From positions 62,001-126,000 of the forward strand of contig RSEE01000024.1 of NCBI GenBank assembly GCA_003971905.1: 64,000 nucleotides of DNA, given 5' to 3'. Shown here piece by piece: positions 22,562 to 34,086 of this stretch. Position numbers and translations under genes: made by a program. Under the pieces are notes generated by a model. The model searched no databases. It had not been told where the DNA came from and worked only from the letters and a program-made list of their open reading frames with translations. Numbering within the stretch: position 1 is the first letter of the stretch; every line of letters begins with the position of its first letter. The DNA is from Moniliella sp. 'wahieum'. Lineage: Eukaryota.

Positions 22562-25500
22562 ATGGCGGTAACCATCCTCGTGACCTCGCTCTGTGTAGCC
22601 GTCTCCGCTACGAGCGTTGTAATCTACTCTCATTTTTTGCAATCCGCTCTATCCCCGCGCCCAAGCCGACTCCTACGCCCCCCCCTCTCTTCTTCCTCCC
22701 GCAACCTCCAACTACCATGGAGGGGAGCCATGTCTGATAGGCGAGGGGCACATCGGTTGCCAGCACCGACCCCCCGTCTCTACAACCCTGTTCCCACCCC
22801 ATCGGCTCCCATCAACTGCGCTATCTTTTGGGATATTCAGGTACGCACAACATACCATGTGGGCATCCAGCCCACAGCAACACCATGCCCAATACCATGT
22901 CCTCTTTTGCGTATACTGTGGACTAACCCCCTTCCACTCTCCCGCTATCCCATTAGAATGTCCCACCACCCTCAGGCATTGATGGCATCACCATCGTCCG
23001 TGCCATTCGCTCCACCGTCCAGTCGACCGTCCTTGCTGTAACCTCCAGGCGCGTCCACCCTCATCGTCCAATTCCGGGCCTACCAGGAACTCTCCAACCC
23101 GCGGGTCCGGCCTCCGTCTCAGCGTCTCGCCCAGGTGTGCGAGGAGATCCAACGAGGTGGTGTCATCCTCGTCGACACGCCGCTTGTGGGACTGAAGAAC
23201 AAGACTGACGTTATGATGGCAGGGGACATGTCCTTTGCCCTCGACCATCCGCCCCCGCGCGCATCGTAATTATTTCGGGCGACAGGGACTTGGCGTACAG
23301 TCTGCCCTCCCTCCGCGGACGCGGGTACCAAATCCTGTTGATTGTACCCGCTTCCGCCTCCCCTGAGCTGCGGGCCAATGCCGATGAGGTCCTCCGATTC
23401 CGGGAAGATGTGCTGCAAATTAAGTCTGACTCCCATCCCAACCACGGTGCCCTTGTCGACCTCCGGCAGCCAGTGGATGCCCATGCATCTCCCTCTACGG
23501 TCTCCTCCTCCACGTTAGCCCAGGATCCTCCAGCCAACTTCCAGATTTCGTCGCCGTCGTCGCCGTCGACCAAACTGGGTGTAAATGAGCTGAAAAAAGG
23601 ACTGTTTCAGTATGCACCATTGCTTTCCATGCTACTCACTCACCAGCCCATCGACCCGGATATCAGGAAGGACGACCCAGGGCGGGGCCGACGAAACACG
23701 GCAGTCTAAGATAACTGCCTTGATCCTGAACAGCTACAGCTACCACGCCTTCGCCCCGTGGGAGCGCACAACTGGACTTCCTACGTGGCCGGGCGGAGCG
23801 AATTGGGTTGGTAACCACGGGTCAGTCCTCCCAATATGGATACGCGTGGATTGAGCTGGTGGAAGAGAATGACATCGTGAAGCATGTCGGACCATGCTCG
23901 CTGCCAAACCCCATAGCCCACTCCCCACGGAGTCTGAGGCCATCGCGGCAGGTTTGGCGGCGATTCGCTCATCCGGCGTTGATGACTTCACCAAGGCCTC
24001 GTCAAACCGGGAACAGGGTTCAACTGATGGCTCGCACATTTCTCCTGCTTCACACTCGGGGTCTGTCAAATCGTACCAACCTCCCCTCTCTACCCAAGGG
24101 GCACTAACGGAAGCTTCGACCCTTCTCCCTGCCCCTTCGAAAGTGAATACCTACGCGCCCCCTTCTGGGCTTCGTCTAGGTCAAGGGCTGCGCCCCAGCG
24201 CCAATGCTTACACCCCGTCTCATCTCGTTCCACCTCTTGGCCCGCCGTCTGCCCCTGGTAACATGGAGCATCCCAGTCCAGTCGCATGGCGCCGCTCCCT
24301 GGACAAAATTGAACCATTTACACCCCCAAATTCATGCGCCTACCGACTTGGCAGCAGCCGTCCCACTCATTTTCACACGCTTCCCGTCCTGCCACGTCAG
24401 AGCGAATGCCGCTTCCACAGCCGACGGCAGATCCTCGCCTCAGCGTTCCGAATTACTATATCAGTTTGTGGCAGAAGGACGGCGATTCGCCGTTTCACAT
24501 CAATAAGAAGGAGGTGCAGTCCCACTTCGCGTTGTTGGTGCGCATTCTCCCAAAACCAGCGATTGGAAGGAAGGATGTACTCGCGCCCTGATTATCTCCA
24601 TCGGCAGTACAACAAGTTGCACGGATGGGACTGTCCTACGATTGCACAGTTTTCCCAATTCCTTGAGAAGGCGGAGAAGGAGCATTGTGATGTTGTTCCC
24701 AGTCGCTTCCCAGCGCAGCGTTCCGCAAGGATCGTTCGAGTCCGTTGTGCTGCACCCATCGCTGTGGACGGACGAAGATAGTAAAGGCTTGGCAACATTG
24801 AATCAGGTATCGGCGTGGGACCCGGCCAGGCAGCTGAGCGAGGTGGCACCTGATGGCGTCCCCTTTTGGCCGGATACGGGGCTGGTCAAGTTGCAAGACT
24901 GGACTCACGCGCCGACGGTGCTGCACGGAGAAGCGTTGACGGCAATACAAGTGCCTGGTTTGGTACCTGTTCCAGCAATACCAGCGCGGTTGGTCCACCA
25001 CTTCCTCCACCTTTATCCTCACCCATCTCATTCGCCTTCAAGGCGTACCGCTCGAGGTGACGGGGACCGTGGCTGCGTTCGAACAGTACTTGTCCGAAGC
25101 CGCGCGGGACAAAGTAGTGCGTCTGCTGGCACCATTCAAGTCCGATCCCCACCATATTCCTGTCCGGTTGGATACTCGTTTTGGACTGCACTATGACCAG
25201 ATTGATACGGACCGGTTGGGTCGCAAGTTGTTTGCCGTGCAGCACATGATGCCGCAATCGTTCAATGAGGTGTTTGAGCAATGGGAACAGGACGCGATCC
25301 TCCGGTTATTTTCGGTGGACACGCTGCAGCGGTATGGGATTATGTCGGGCCAGCCCGATCTGACCCGCCCGAGCCTGGCCCCCCGACGACGGTTCCGACT
25401 CTTCGTACGAAGAAGCGACAGTCGAATCCGCAACAGTTGCGACCACAGCCGCCACCACCGTCGCAACCACAGTCCCATCAGCCACAACAGTCTCGCGTAT

Positions 25501-25932
25501 GGTGGATCCCCTCACTGTGCGTACCTACCAGTCGCGCAACGGGATGCGCTGCGCATCCTGATTCGCGTAACGGAAGGCAGCACGACCTGGACTCATTGGC
25601 TGGATCTGCCCAACAAGCTGGGCACGATGGGCGCCATGGTCACGACGGGCACGATGGAACCGCGCTTTCCGCACCCTGCTTGGTCTGCTGCAAAGCGAAG
25701 GAAGCATCAAGACCGTCTCGATGCTCTTGCAGCGGAAAAACCTCTTGTTGTTGCGCACTGCAGACTCACCAGATGGAGGAATGGAGGACGTGAAGGTATG
25801 GTCGCGTTGGTCTCTGCGGCTCTGGAAAAGGGGTTGGTGCGGGCTGAAGTGATTGCATTGCAGCAGGACGTCGATCCGGCCGATGCGAGCTTCTCGGGCA
25901 AAGTCAAGCCGGTTCACGTTGCCCTTCTTTGA
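22562..25932 (+). CDS. NYN copy B: hydrophobic anchor + NYN domain (intact SGDRD) + four LOTUS-like repeats
   Basis: MAVTILVTSLCVAVSATSVVIY reads in frame to CAIFWDIQ, then intron 22841-22956 and IVIISGDRDLAY. Collinear with copy A throughout. Homology to A resumes at about 26230-26356 after an insertion of about 300 bp, so the true end may lie further 3'. Confidence 0.85.
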
Positions 25933-27657
25933 CTGGGATCTCTGGTACAACAGGAAACATAGCCCCCCCCCGGGGGGGAAGGGGCTGGAATGAACACCAC
26001 GCAAGTACATTACGTTGTCGCAATCGTGAGCTCACACCAGCTGCGGAGATTGTGGATCGCTGGGCTCGACCTGTTTCTTTTTTTTGCCATTTCTCCTTAT
26101 TACTTCATTCATCCCCCCTTTTTTGGTGGGGTTGCATCAGTCGTACGAGGCGCTCCTATCCCCATGGATTGACCATTTGGTCTGAGTTCGATGATGGGGG
26201 CACATATGACAATATGTTATTCGTAAAAAATCAAGTTTCTTCTCAACAAGCTGTGGGTCTCTTCTCATTACGGGGTCTGCATCGTCATCTCTTTTTCCGC
26301 CTGTTTTCGCGATGGCGCCGAGACTCCTTTTACCTTACTTTAGAAGAAAACCACAAATATATCATTTGCGCTCCAGCGGAATGGCCCAGACATAGCCGGT
26401 GCAGTCGTCGACTACAAGTAAATTGCGCTCACCCTTCAGCTGAAGCCCGTCGGCCAATCTATACTACTGTCACTCGATCGGCTCTCGCAGTGCGCCAGTG
26501 GGGCAGCTGCACGTGCCGTGTGGCTCTCAGGGAACGGGCGTCGGGTGCCCCGCCCCGCCGCGGACGCCTGACAGACGCCGGCCGTGTCGGCCTCGGCCGC
26601 ATGGGCCTGGGTGGAGGTGATGCGTTGCGCAACCATGGCCGGTGGCCGTGGGGCGCGGGGAAGCTGGCGCCAACCAACAGGGCCATGGCGTGCATGATCA
26701 GCCAGTATCCCGCATAGTCGGCCACGGCGGCACGGGCATGGGCTTGAATGGGGACACGTTGGGGACATCGCAGGTAGTAACCAGCCACATCGCCATCAGC
26801 GATACGGTCGTAGCGAGTAACAATTGCGGGTCGCTATGGATGACAGCGCCCTGGCGCTGGGCAAGGACTCAACCCGGTGGCCAGCGGCATTTGCCTGTGG
26901 TACAGAGCAAGTCATAGTCTAACTGGGGGACAAGTGGCAAGCAGTACAAGTCAAGGATGCATTCAATTTGGACTGTGGAGGGAGGGAGTCGGACCCGCTT
27001 CTCACTCCACGCCTATATCACCGCAGCTTCCTGGACGCGCCAGCCAACTCAACCCACCCAGTCGCAGGCTCGAGGAACTGAAACGCTCAGGCGAGCGGAC
27101 CATGCTTGGCGTCGCGCCGCTGTCAACGACCAGCTTGTGAAGCGCAGACGCAGTGGAGGGTGGTGGCAACTCCTGTAACAGGGCTCCAGCGCGTTCTAGT
27201 ACTGCGATCAGGGGGCGGAAAAAACGGGGGCTACTAGGCCTTGCGCCCTCGCGGTAGGGCTTGTTGACGTGGGAAAGCCGGAGCTTGTAAAACCAGAGGT
27301 AAAGGGCAGTACGTCAGCATATATAAGCCAGGCGAGTACATCGGGGGCGGAGCATTCCTCCTGCGTGGGCGCAGCGGGCCAACTGCTGTGGCCAGATGGG
27401 AAGTATTGGAGTGATTCAAACTGCTCAACGTCGACATGTGTTCTTTCAACTCCGGATGCAGTGACCAGCATTGGGCCTCTCTGCGGGTCTGCCGTTGGGT
27501 GAAGATGGCAGTACCCCCTTACGCTCTGCGCCCCCCATTTCCCGTGTGCGAGGGAACAGTCTTGGTGACGAGCACTGTTTCCTCGATGTTCAGAATTGCA
27601 GCGTTTTGGCTCCATAATTGGGTTCTTCTCTAAGTTGAATGACCCTTTTTCTACGGT

Positions 27658-28675
27658 TTACTTGACCTCCACATGTTTTTTACTATTCGACTTGGACTTC
27701 CGCTTCGACTTGCATATGCTAAACCTCCAAGTTGACTCGACCTCTATCGGTGGGCAGGTCTATTAGCATGGCACGCAACGGTGGGCATCAACTGAAAACA
27801 CTTCCTACTCCTGCTATGCATACTTGGAGTACCGTGGGTAGGGCGGGAGCCAGACGTCATCTGCAGCACACTTCCCGGAACCGGAGGACCTCATCGGCGT
27901 TGGCGCGCAGCTCCTGGGAGGCGACAGTGGGTACAATCGCCAGGACTTGGTACCCGCGTCCGCGGGGGGGCAGGTTGTACGACAAGTCCCCGTCGCCCGA
28001 AATAATTACGATGCGAGCCGGGGTGGATGGTCAAGGGCAAAGGCCATCATGTCCCCTGCCAACATGAATCAGCTTTGTTCTTCAGTCCCCCATGCGGCGT
28101 GTCAACGAGGGTCACGCCACTTCGTTGGATCTCTTCGCGTATCTGGGAGAGACGCTGAGATGGAGGCCGGATCTGCGGGTTGGGGGTTCCTGGTACGCTC
28201 GGAATTGGACGATGGAACGGGACGCGCGTGGCGGTCTCCGGCAGGACCGGGTAGACTGGACGATGGAACGAATGGCAACGGAGGTGAAGCCATCGATACC
28301 AGAGGGTGGTTGGACATTCTGATGGGATAAAGAGAGGGGAAGGACGGATTAGTACATGGTATACCCAAAAGAGGGCATGGTATTGGGCTTGGTGTTGCTG
28401 TGGCCTGGATCCCCCATGGCCATACTGTGCGTACCTCAATATCCCAAAGATGGCGCAGTTGATGGGGGCCGATGGGGTGGAAGGTGCAGAGACGGTGGGT
28501 TGGTGCTGGCAACCGGTGTGCCCCCTGGGCTATCAGGAATGGCTGGCCATGATGGTTGGAGGGGGCGAGAGGGAGGAGAGGCGGGGGAGTGCTGAGAGTG
28601 ATAATGGAAATAGAGTACGATCGTCGTAACGGAAGTGACCGCGGAGACCGCAGCAGCGAGAGCGATAATCCCCAT
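27658..28675 (-). CDS. NYN copy D: hydrophobic anchor + NYN domain (intact SGDGD) + short basic tail, no LOTUS-like repeats
   Basis: MGIIALAAAVSAVTSVTTIVLY, WDIE|intron 28319-28434|NVQPP, KNKAD and IISGDGDL. A putative second intron at 27744-27823 (GTATGC...GCTAAT...TAG) gives KVESTWRFSICKSKRKSKSNSKKHVEVK*. Several indels must be assumed. Confidence 0.7.
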
Positions 28676-29267
28676 GCCGGGGGAGGACGTGATGGTGGTG
28701 GGTGGTGGGAGGAAGGAGATGAAGCGCAGAGAGAGGCGGGGACTTTAACCCACTGACACAGGGTGACAGGCGGGAGGGGCGGGTGATGAGGGCTCTGCGC
28801 TGGGCACACGCAGCCTCCGCTGAGAGAGGCCGCGCGCCAGGAGCCATTCAGCCGACGGGGCTGGCACTTCGAAGGGAGTGTGAGTGGATTGCGATTCGTG
28901 AGTCGACGGCTGACTAGCTCTGACTAGTCACAGAGTGTATACTTGTGGTATGAGTACTACTTATGAGTACTCACAACTGACATGTCCCAGTATCTCCCGA
29001 GTACCAGAGTACTACTAGAGCATATCCTGATAGGCCTGAGGCCTGATGAGTTATATTGTTCGTCTACCCCAAGTACCCCTGGAAGTGCGTTTTAGGTCCA
29101 GCCAACCAACGCTGGTGTAGCTGGGTTCCGTGGTGGGTGCGATAAAGCAGCACAAAGGTGGGTGGTCTATCCACAAGCCGGGAAGGGCAAGCATCTAGGA
29201 GGAAAAAGAACATATGGGGCTAGAGTGATGCATGTATGTAGATGGCACGGACAGATCAAGATCAAGA

Positions 29268-30297
29268 TCAAGGGCATGGGGTGCGGTACTTGCGCACGAT
29301 GGCATCCACGCCCACCTTGCGCCAGATGGGCAGGGCAAGGGAAGCGAGGAGCACCTTGGCCGGGTCGAGGAGACCGTTGCCCGGCTGGATGCGACCGAAC
29401 AAGGCACGGAACAAGTCGGTTTGCCAATCGGACGTGATGAAGAAATGGCCTGCCTCGAGCCGCGCACCATCCGTTCCGCACACACGGCCGGTGTCAAGGG
29501 CGAATCGGCTTGCTCGATTTCCCGCAGCACGGCCGGCTTGGTCGTTTGCTCCACTTCAAACCCGGGACTGAGAATGGTGGCGGGGAAGTAACAGTGGACC
29601 GAGATGTTGTACAAGAGGAACTCACTCCGTAGCGTCTCGGCCAAGCCTGGTCACAATGCTGCGAGTGAGTGGAAAGAAGAACGAGGGCGGAGCAGAGGAA
29701 GAGGAAGAAGAAGAGGAAAGGGTACGTACCCCGCAGCGCAGCTTTCATAGGCTGGTACTGTGCGTAGCCTACCAAGCCACAAAAGGCGACCATGGAGGAC
29801 ACGAGGACGATGGAGCCTTGGACGTGTTCGTTGCGCATGCGCGTCGCACTCGCATGCACGGTAGCCAAGGTGGTGAGGTAATTGGTCTGGATGCCCTGGT
29901 GAAAGTCGGCCGGACGCATGTCGAGGAACATGCCCGGCTTGGCGCCGCCAGCGGCACAGATGACCGTATCGGGCGCACGCGGGAGCGCCGCCACCACCTT
30001 CTCTGCGCCTTCGAACGACGACACGTCCCCGACGACAAAGAGGGCGGCGGACCCGAGGCGAGCGCACGCACTTGCTCGCACGCAGCCTGCAGCTGGGGTT
30101 CGCGGCGCGCCACCAGCACCACTTGGGCGCCGGCGTGGGCGAGTTGCTGGGCCAGGGAGGCCGAGGCCCTGGGAGGCGCCGGTGATGAGCACCAGCTGGC
30201 CCTTGGGGGACCAGCGGCGGCGGGGCCAGAAGGCGCCGGCCAGGACGGCGGTGGTGGTGGCGACAAGCGCGAGGCCGAGCAGCAGCGGGGAGGACAT
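29268..30297 (-). CDS. TSC10: 3-ketodihydrosphingosine reductase (SDR family)
   Basis: N-terminal TM, ITGASQGLG, CAAGGAKPGMF, YAQYQPMKAALRG|intron 29647-29729|LAETLRSE and FPATILSPGFEVEQTTKP. Confidence 0.9.
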
Positions 30298-30734
30298 GGC
30301 GCTGCCGTCGGTTGGGTGTGCGCATGCGCAGTGCGCGCACGCCGGCGCGTCTTCGGGGGGGGGGGGCTTACCTCAGCGGGGTTGCCTTCTGTGGGGGCAC
30401 GTGACTGCGATGCGCACGTGCCACCAGGGGACGTAAGATCTGAGCCCTCGCACGGTTGCTGGCGCGAGAGACGACGGTACCTAACCGGGTAACCTCAGGC
30501 TCAGGCCCGATGGGCGTGTGCCACCATGTGCTGCCGAGGGGGGCAGGGCAGGCGGCCAATGTGCGTGTGCAGTCAGGCCGATCAGGCGGATCATCTCAGA
30601 TCCCAGGCTGATCCGCCGTGCCCAGTGCACGTGCGCCGCCTGCCCGGCCTCGCTTCGGTTGAATATAAGCCGGCCGACCGTCGGGCGGATGTCGTCTGCC
30701 AGCGCTGCTGCTTGCCTCTGCCTTCTCCTGGTCG

Positions 30735-33376
30735 ATGCGTGGGCTGGTCCTCCTCTCTGCCGCGCTCGCCGCGCTCGCCCCCGCGCACGCCGCCGTGCTG
30801 CCCCCGCACCCTCGCCGCCTCTGCGCCCAGCGCCGCGCCCGTCAGCTCCAGCGCCGGCCCCTCCCTCGCTCCCTCTGCCGCCGCCCCGTCTGGCTGGGCC
30901 GCCACCTACACCCCTCCCGCCGCCTTCCCCACGGCCGACTATCAGTCCTTCTACCAGCCTCCGGCCGGCACGACGGTGGAGCCGCGGCCGGCGATTGTGG
31001 ATGCCGTCCCGCTCGGCCCCAATGCGCCCCACTACCTTCCCGACGCGGGCAATCCGTCTGCCTTGCCTACCACTGCGCCCTCGCTCTCGGCCAAGGTGCT
31101 GCCACTGCCTTCGTCGTCCGCGCCGTCGGCCCCGTCCGCCACAGCCAGCGCGATTGGCACGCTCAAAGCCCGTCTGGCCGCCTTGGTGGCGACCAACACA
31201 TCTAGTACGGCGGCCACGTGTGAGCTGTGCAAGCGCGGCTTGGCCCTGGGCCAAGCCTTTGCCCGGACGTACCCCGACGCGGTGCCCAAGGTGCTAGGCG
31301 ACCTGTGCAGTACGTACCAGGCCCCAAAGCAGGCACAAGAAGAACTATGCGACGCTGGCCCAGGCGCAGGAGGCCTGTTATCTCAACTACAATGCGTCCG
31401 TCTTGGGCGGCGCGTATGCAGCGGTACTTTCGTACGCCGACTTGACTCCCGACCAGACCAACCAGACGGCGGGCGATGCGGACGCGGAGATGATCTGCTA
31501 CCAGACGCTGGACCTCTGTCCTGCCCCGGCGCCAATGAACTTGACTGCGTCCGATCTGACCTACTGGTTTGCCCGGAGCAACACGTCCGTCGCTGTCCCC
31601 CGAGGCAGCCAAGCAGAGCGCAACGTACCAAGCTCAACGCGATGCGCTGCGCGCCCAAAACGCGCCTGGCCTCGCCGCCTTCAAACCGTTGCCCACCTCA
31701 GCGACATTCACCTCGATCCGCGATTCCAGCCCGGCACCGAGCGCAGTGCACCAATGGCCAATGCTGCCGCACCGACGCGTGGAACCACTCGATGACGTCC
31801 CAACCACCTTCGTATTTCCCCGGCGGGACGTTGCCTGCTACCAATGTGTCGGAAGCAGCGCGGTACTGGGGCAACTATGCGTGCGATTCACCTTGGTCCT
31901 TGGTGGCGTCCATGTTTGAGGCGGTGCAGCAGGTCTTGCCCCAAGGCAAAAAGTTGGCCTTGTCCTTGTTTACGGGGGATATGGTGACGCATGAAGGATC
32001 GGCAAATTGGCACTTGACACGCGACTTGCTCCTCTACACCCAGCAAGGCTTAGTCGACTTGATGGCACGCTACCTCGGCCCGGCACCTGTGATGCTGACC
32101 CTGGGCAACCATGATACCGGTACGTACACACACTTTCTAGTGCCGCAGCGGGGTGGGGGGGGGGGGGGGTAACCTCTCCGGCGAGGCGAGCCAGGCCGAG
32201 GTCGGTACACAAAACTAATGCCAGACTTTTGTTTTTTCTCTTTTCTCTTTCTTTGGTGTGGCTTTTTTTTATGATGAGCAGTGCCGGACGACTTTGCTCC
32301 CGTTGGTACCTTGCCCGACGACCGGGGTGCGGAGCTGCAATGGGAATGGGACCACATTGCGGACCTGATCCAGTCCAAAGGGTGGCTCAAGGGAGAAGCG
32401 TTGGCCATGTGCGCAAGCACAGTTCGGGCTTCTCTGCCTTGGTTCACCCAGGCAACCAGACGGGCGTATTGGCCATCCCGCCGCTTCGGATCATCTCGTT
32501 GAATGCCGACATGTGGTACACGGGCAACGTGTACACCATGATTCAGGGAGCGACCAACCCGGATCGGTCGGGTATGCTGCGATGGGTGACGGACGAGTTG
32601 CTCCACGCCGAAGAGAAGGGGGAAAAGTATGGATCATGGGCCACGTCTTGCCCGCCTGGGCCGATGGCGACGCATGGGCCAATCCGACGCAACTGTTTCG
32701 AGCGATTGTGGACCGGTTCGCGTCCACGTCGTTGGTTCACCTCTTTTTCGGACATACCCACGAAGACCAGTTCTCCGTCTTTTATCCGTTCCAACCTGCG
32801 CCTTCGGCTTCATCCAACATCCCACCGCCGGCGACGGGCCAAAACGGCTCGGCGATGCCCATCGATACCGCTCGTACCGGCCGTGCGACGGCGTTCATGG
32901 CGCCCAGCGTAACGCCGGGCAGTAACCTCAACCCGGAGTTCCGTATCTACACCGCCGACCCGCACGGCTGGCACGTGCATGACATCCAGCAGTACGTGAC
33001 GCGTCTGCAAGATGTCGCTTCGGGGGTGACAGCGTCGCCGGTGTGGGAACTGTTGTACTCGGCGCGCGACACGTACGGACACTTTCCTGCGCTGGTCCAG
33101 GCCGGTGCGTATGCCGGCCCGGCGGCGTTGGACCACACTGCCTGGCCCGCCCACTTGCCTCTCAACGGCACCTTTTGGGCCGCGGTGACGGACGAAATGG
33201 TGTTGCGCCCGTCGTTGGTTTCGCTCCACACTGCCCTCAGCTCCGGCAACTCGTCCACCGCGCTTCAATGTACCGAGGGCGACTGTTTGCCGGCCAAAAT
33301 CTGTTACTTGCGCGCGGGCGATGCACGCCAAGGCGCCGAATGCATCCAGGGCTACTCGTCCGTCCAGGGAGGGTAA
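30735..33376 (+). CDS. Secreted acid sphingomyelinase-like metallophosphoesterase with saposin-like Cys region
   Basis: Signal peptide MRGLVLLSAALAALAPAHAA, TCELCK, and motifs HLSDIHLD, GNYACDSPW, FTGDMVTH, LGNHDT, MGHV, FFGHTHED and APSVTP. Intron at 32120-32281. Confidence 0.92.
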
Positions 33377-34086
33377 CTTTTTTTCTTTCTTTTTTACATG
33401 AGATCCCTTGCCTTTCCCTTGAAGACTTTGTGTCATCCTTCCCTTTCATGTCTCTTTGTCTTTGTTTTTGTCTTGACCTCGGCCTCGGTGCCTGTCTCTT
33501 CTCTTCACACCCCCTTTTTGGCTATTCTTGCTACGTACTGTACACGGCTGCGTGTGTCGCAATTGAAACGCGGCCCCAACTGATTTGCCTACCAGTACCA
33601 ATCCTCTTGTGCCATCGGTAGCTCCCTCTGCCCCATAAAGGGAACGCTCTGAAATGAGAGACGTGTCGTGGTGATCGGATTTTCAAAACGTTCTCATACG
33701 TGAACACGACTGTAGAAGGAACCACCGCTTTTGCTGGGCCCCACAGCAGGGCAACAGACATGTAAAATAGAAAGACCAAAACGAAACAAGCGAATGAAAG
33801 ACAGGAGGGGAAAAGAAGTCAAATAGAGAGAGTCACGAGCGAGCCTACGTATAGTAGTTGCCGCGCATAGGAAGTCGGTAGGCCAAGCCAGACCAGGCCA
33901 GGTCAGACCACAACAGGTAGACCAGAGGAGGCTGCACCAAGCCATGTCCATGTCTTGTCCACCACCCCAGTGCATGCTCCCGCGGGGCGAGCGACCGTGG
34001 TGGGTCCGCCGTCGGCTGGAGCGCCACCGCGTTCCGCATTCCCATTCGTGCATGGAAGTTGGTGTGAGAACGGGGGGGGGGGGTGC

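Noticed and set aside
21914..22642. Poly-Leu/Pro/Ser/Glu/Arg ORFs
   Set aside because: These are translations of the (CCT)n microsatellite; the credible start is the ATG at 22562.
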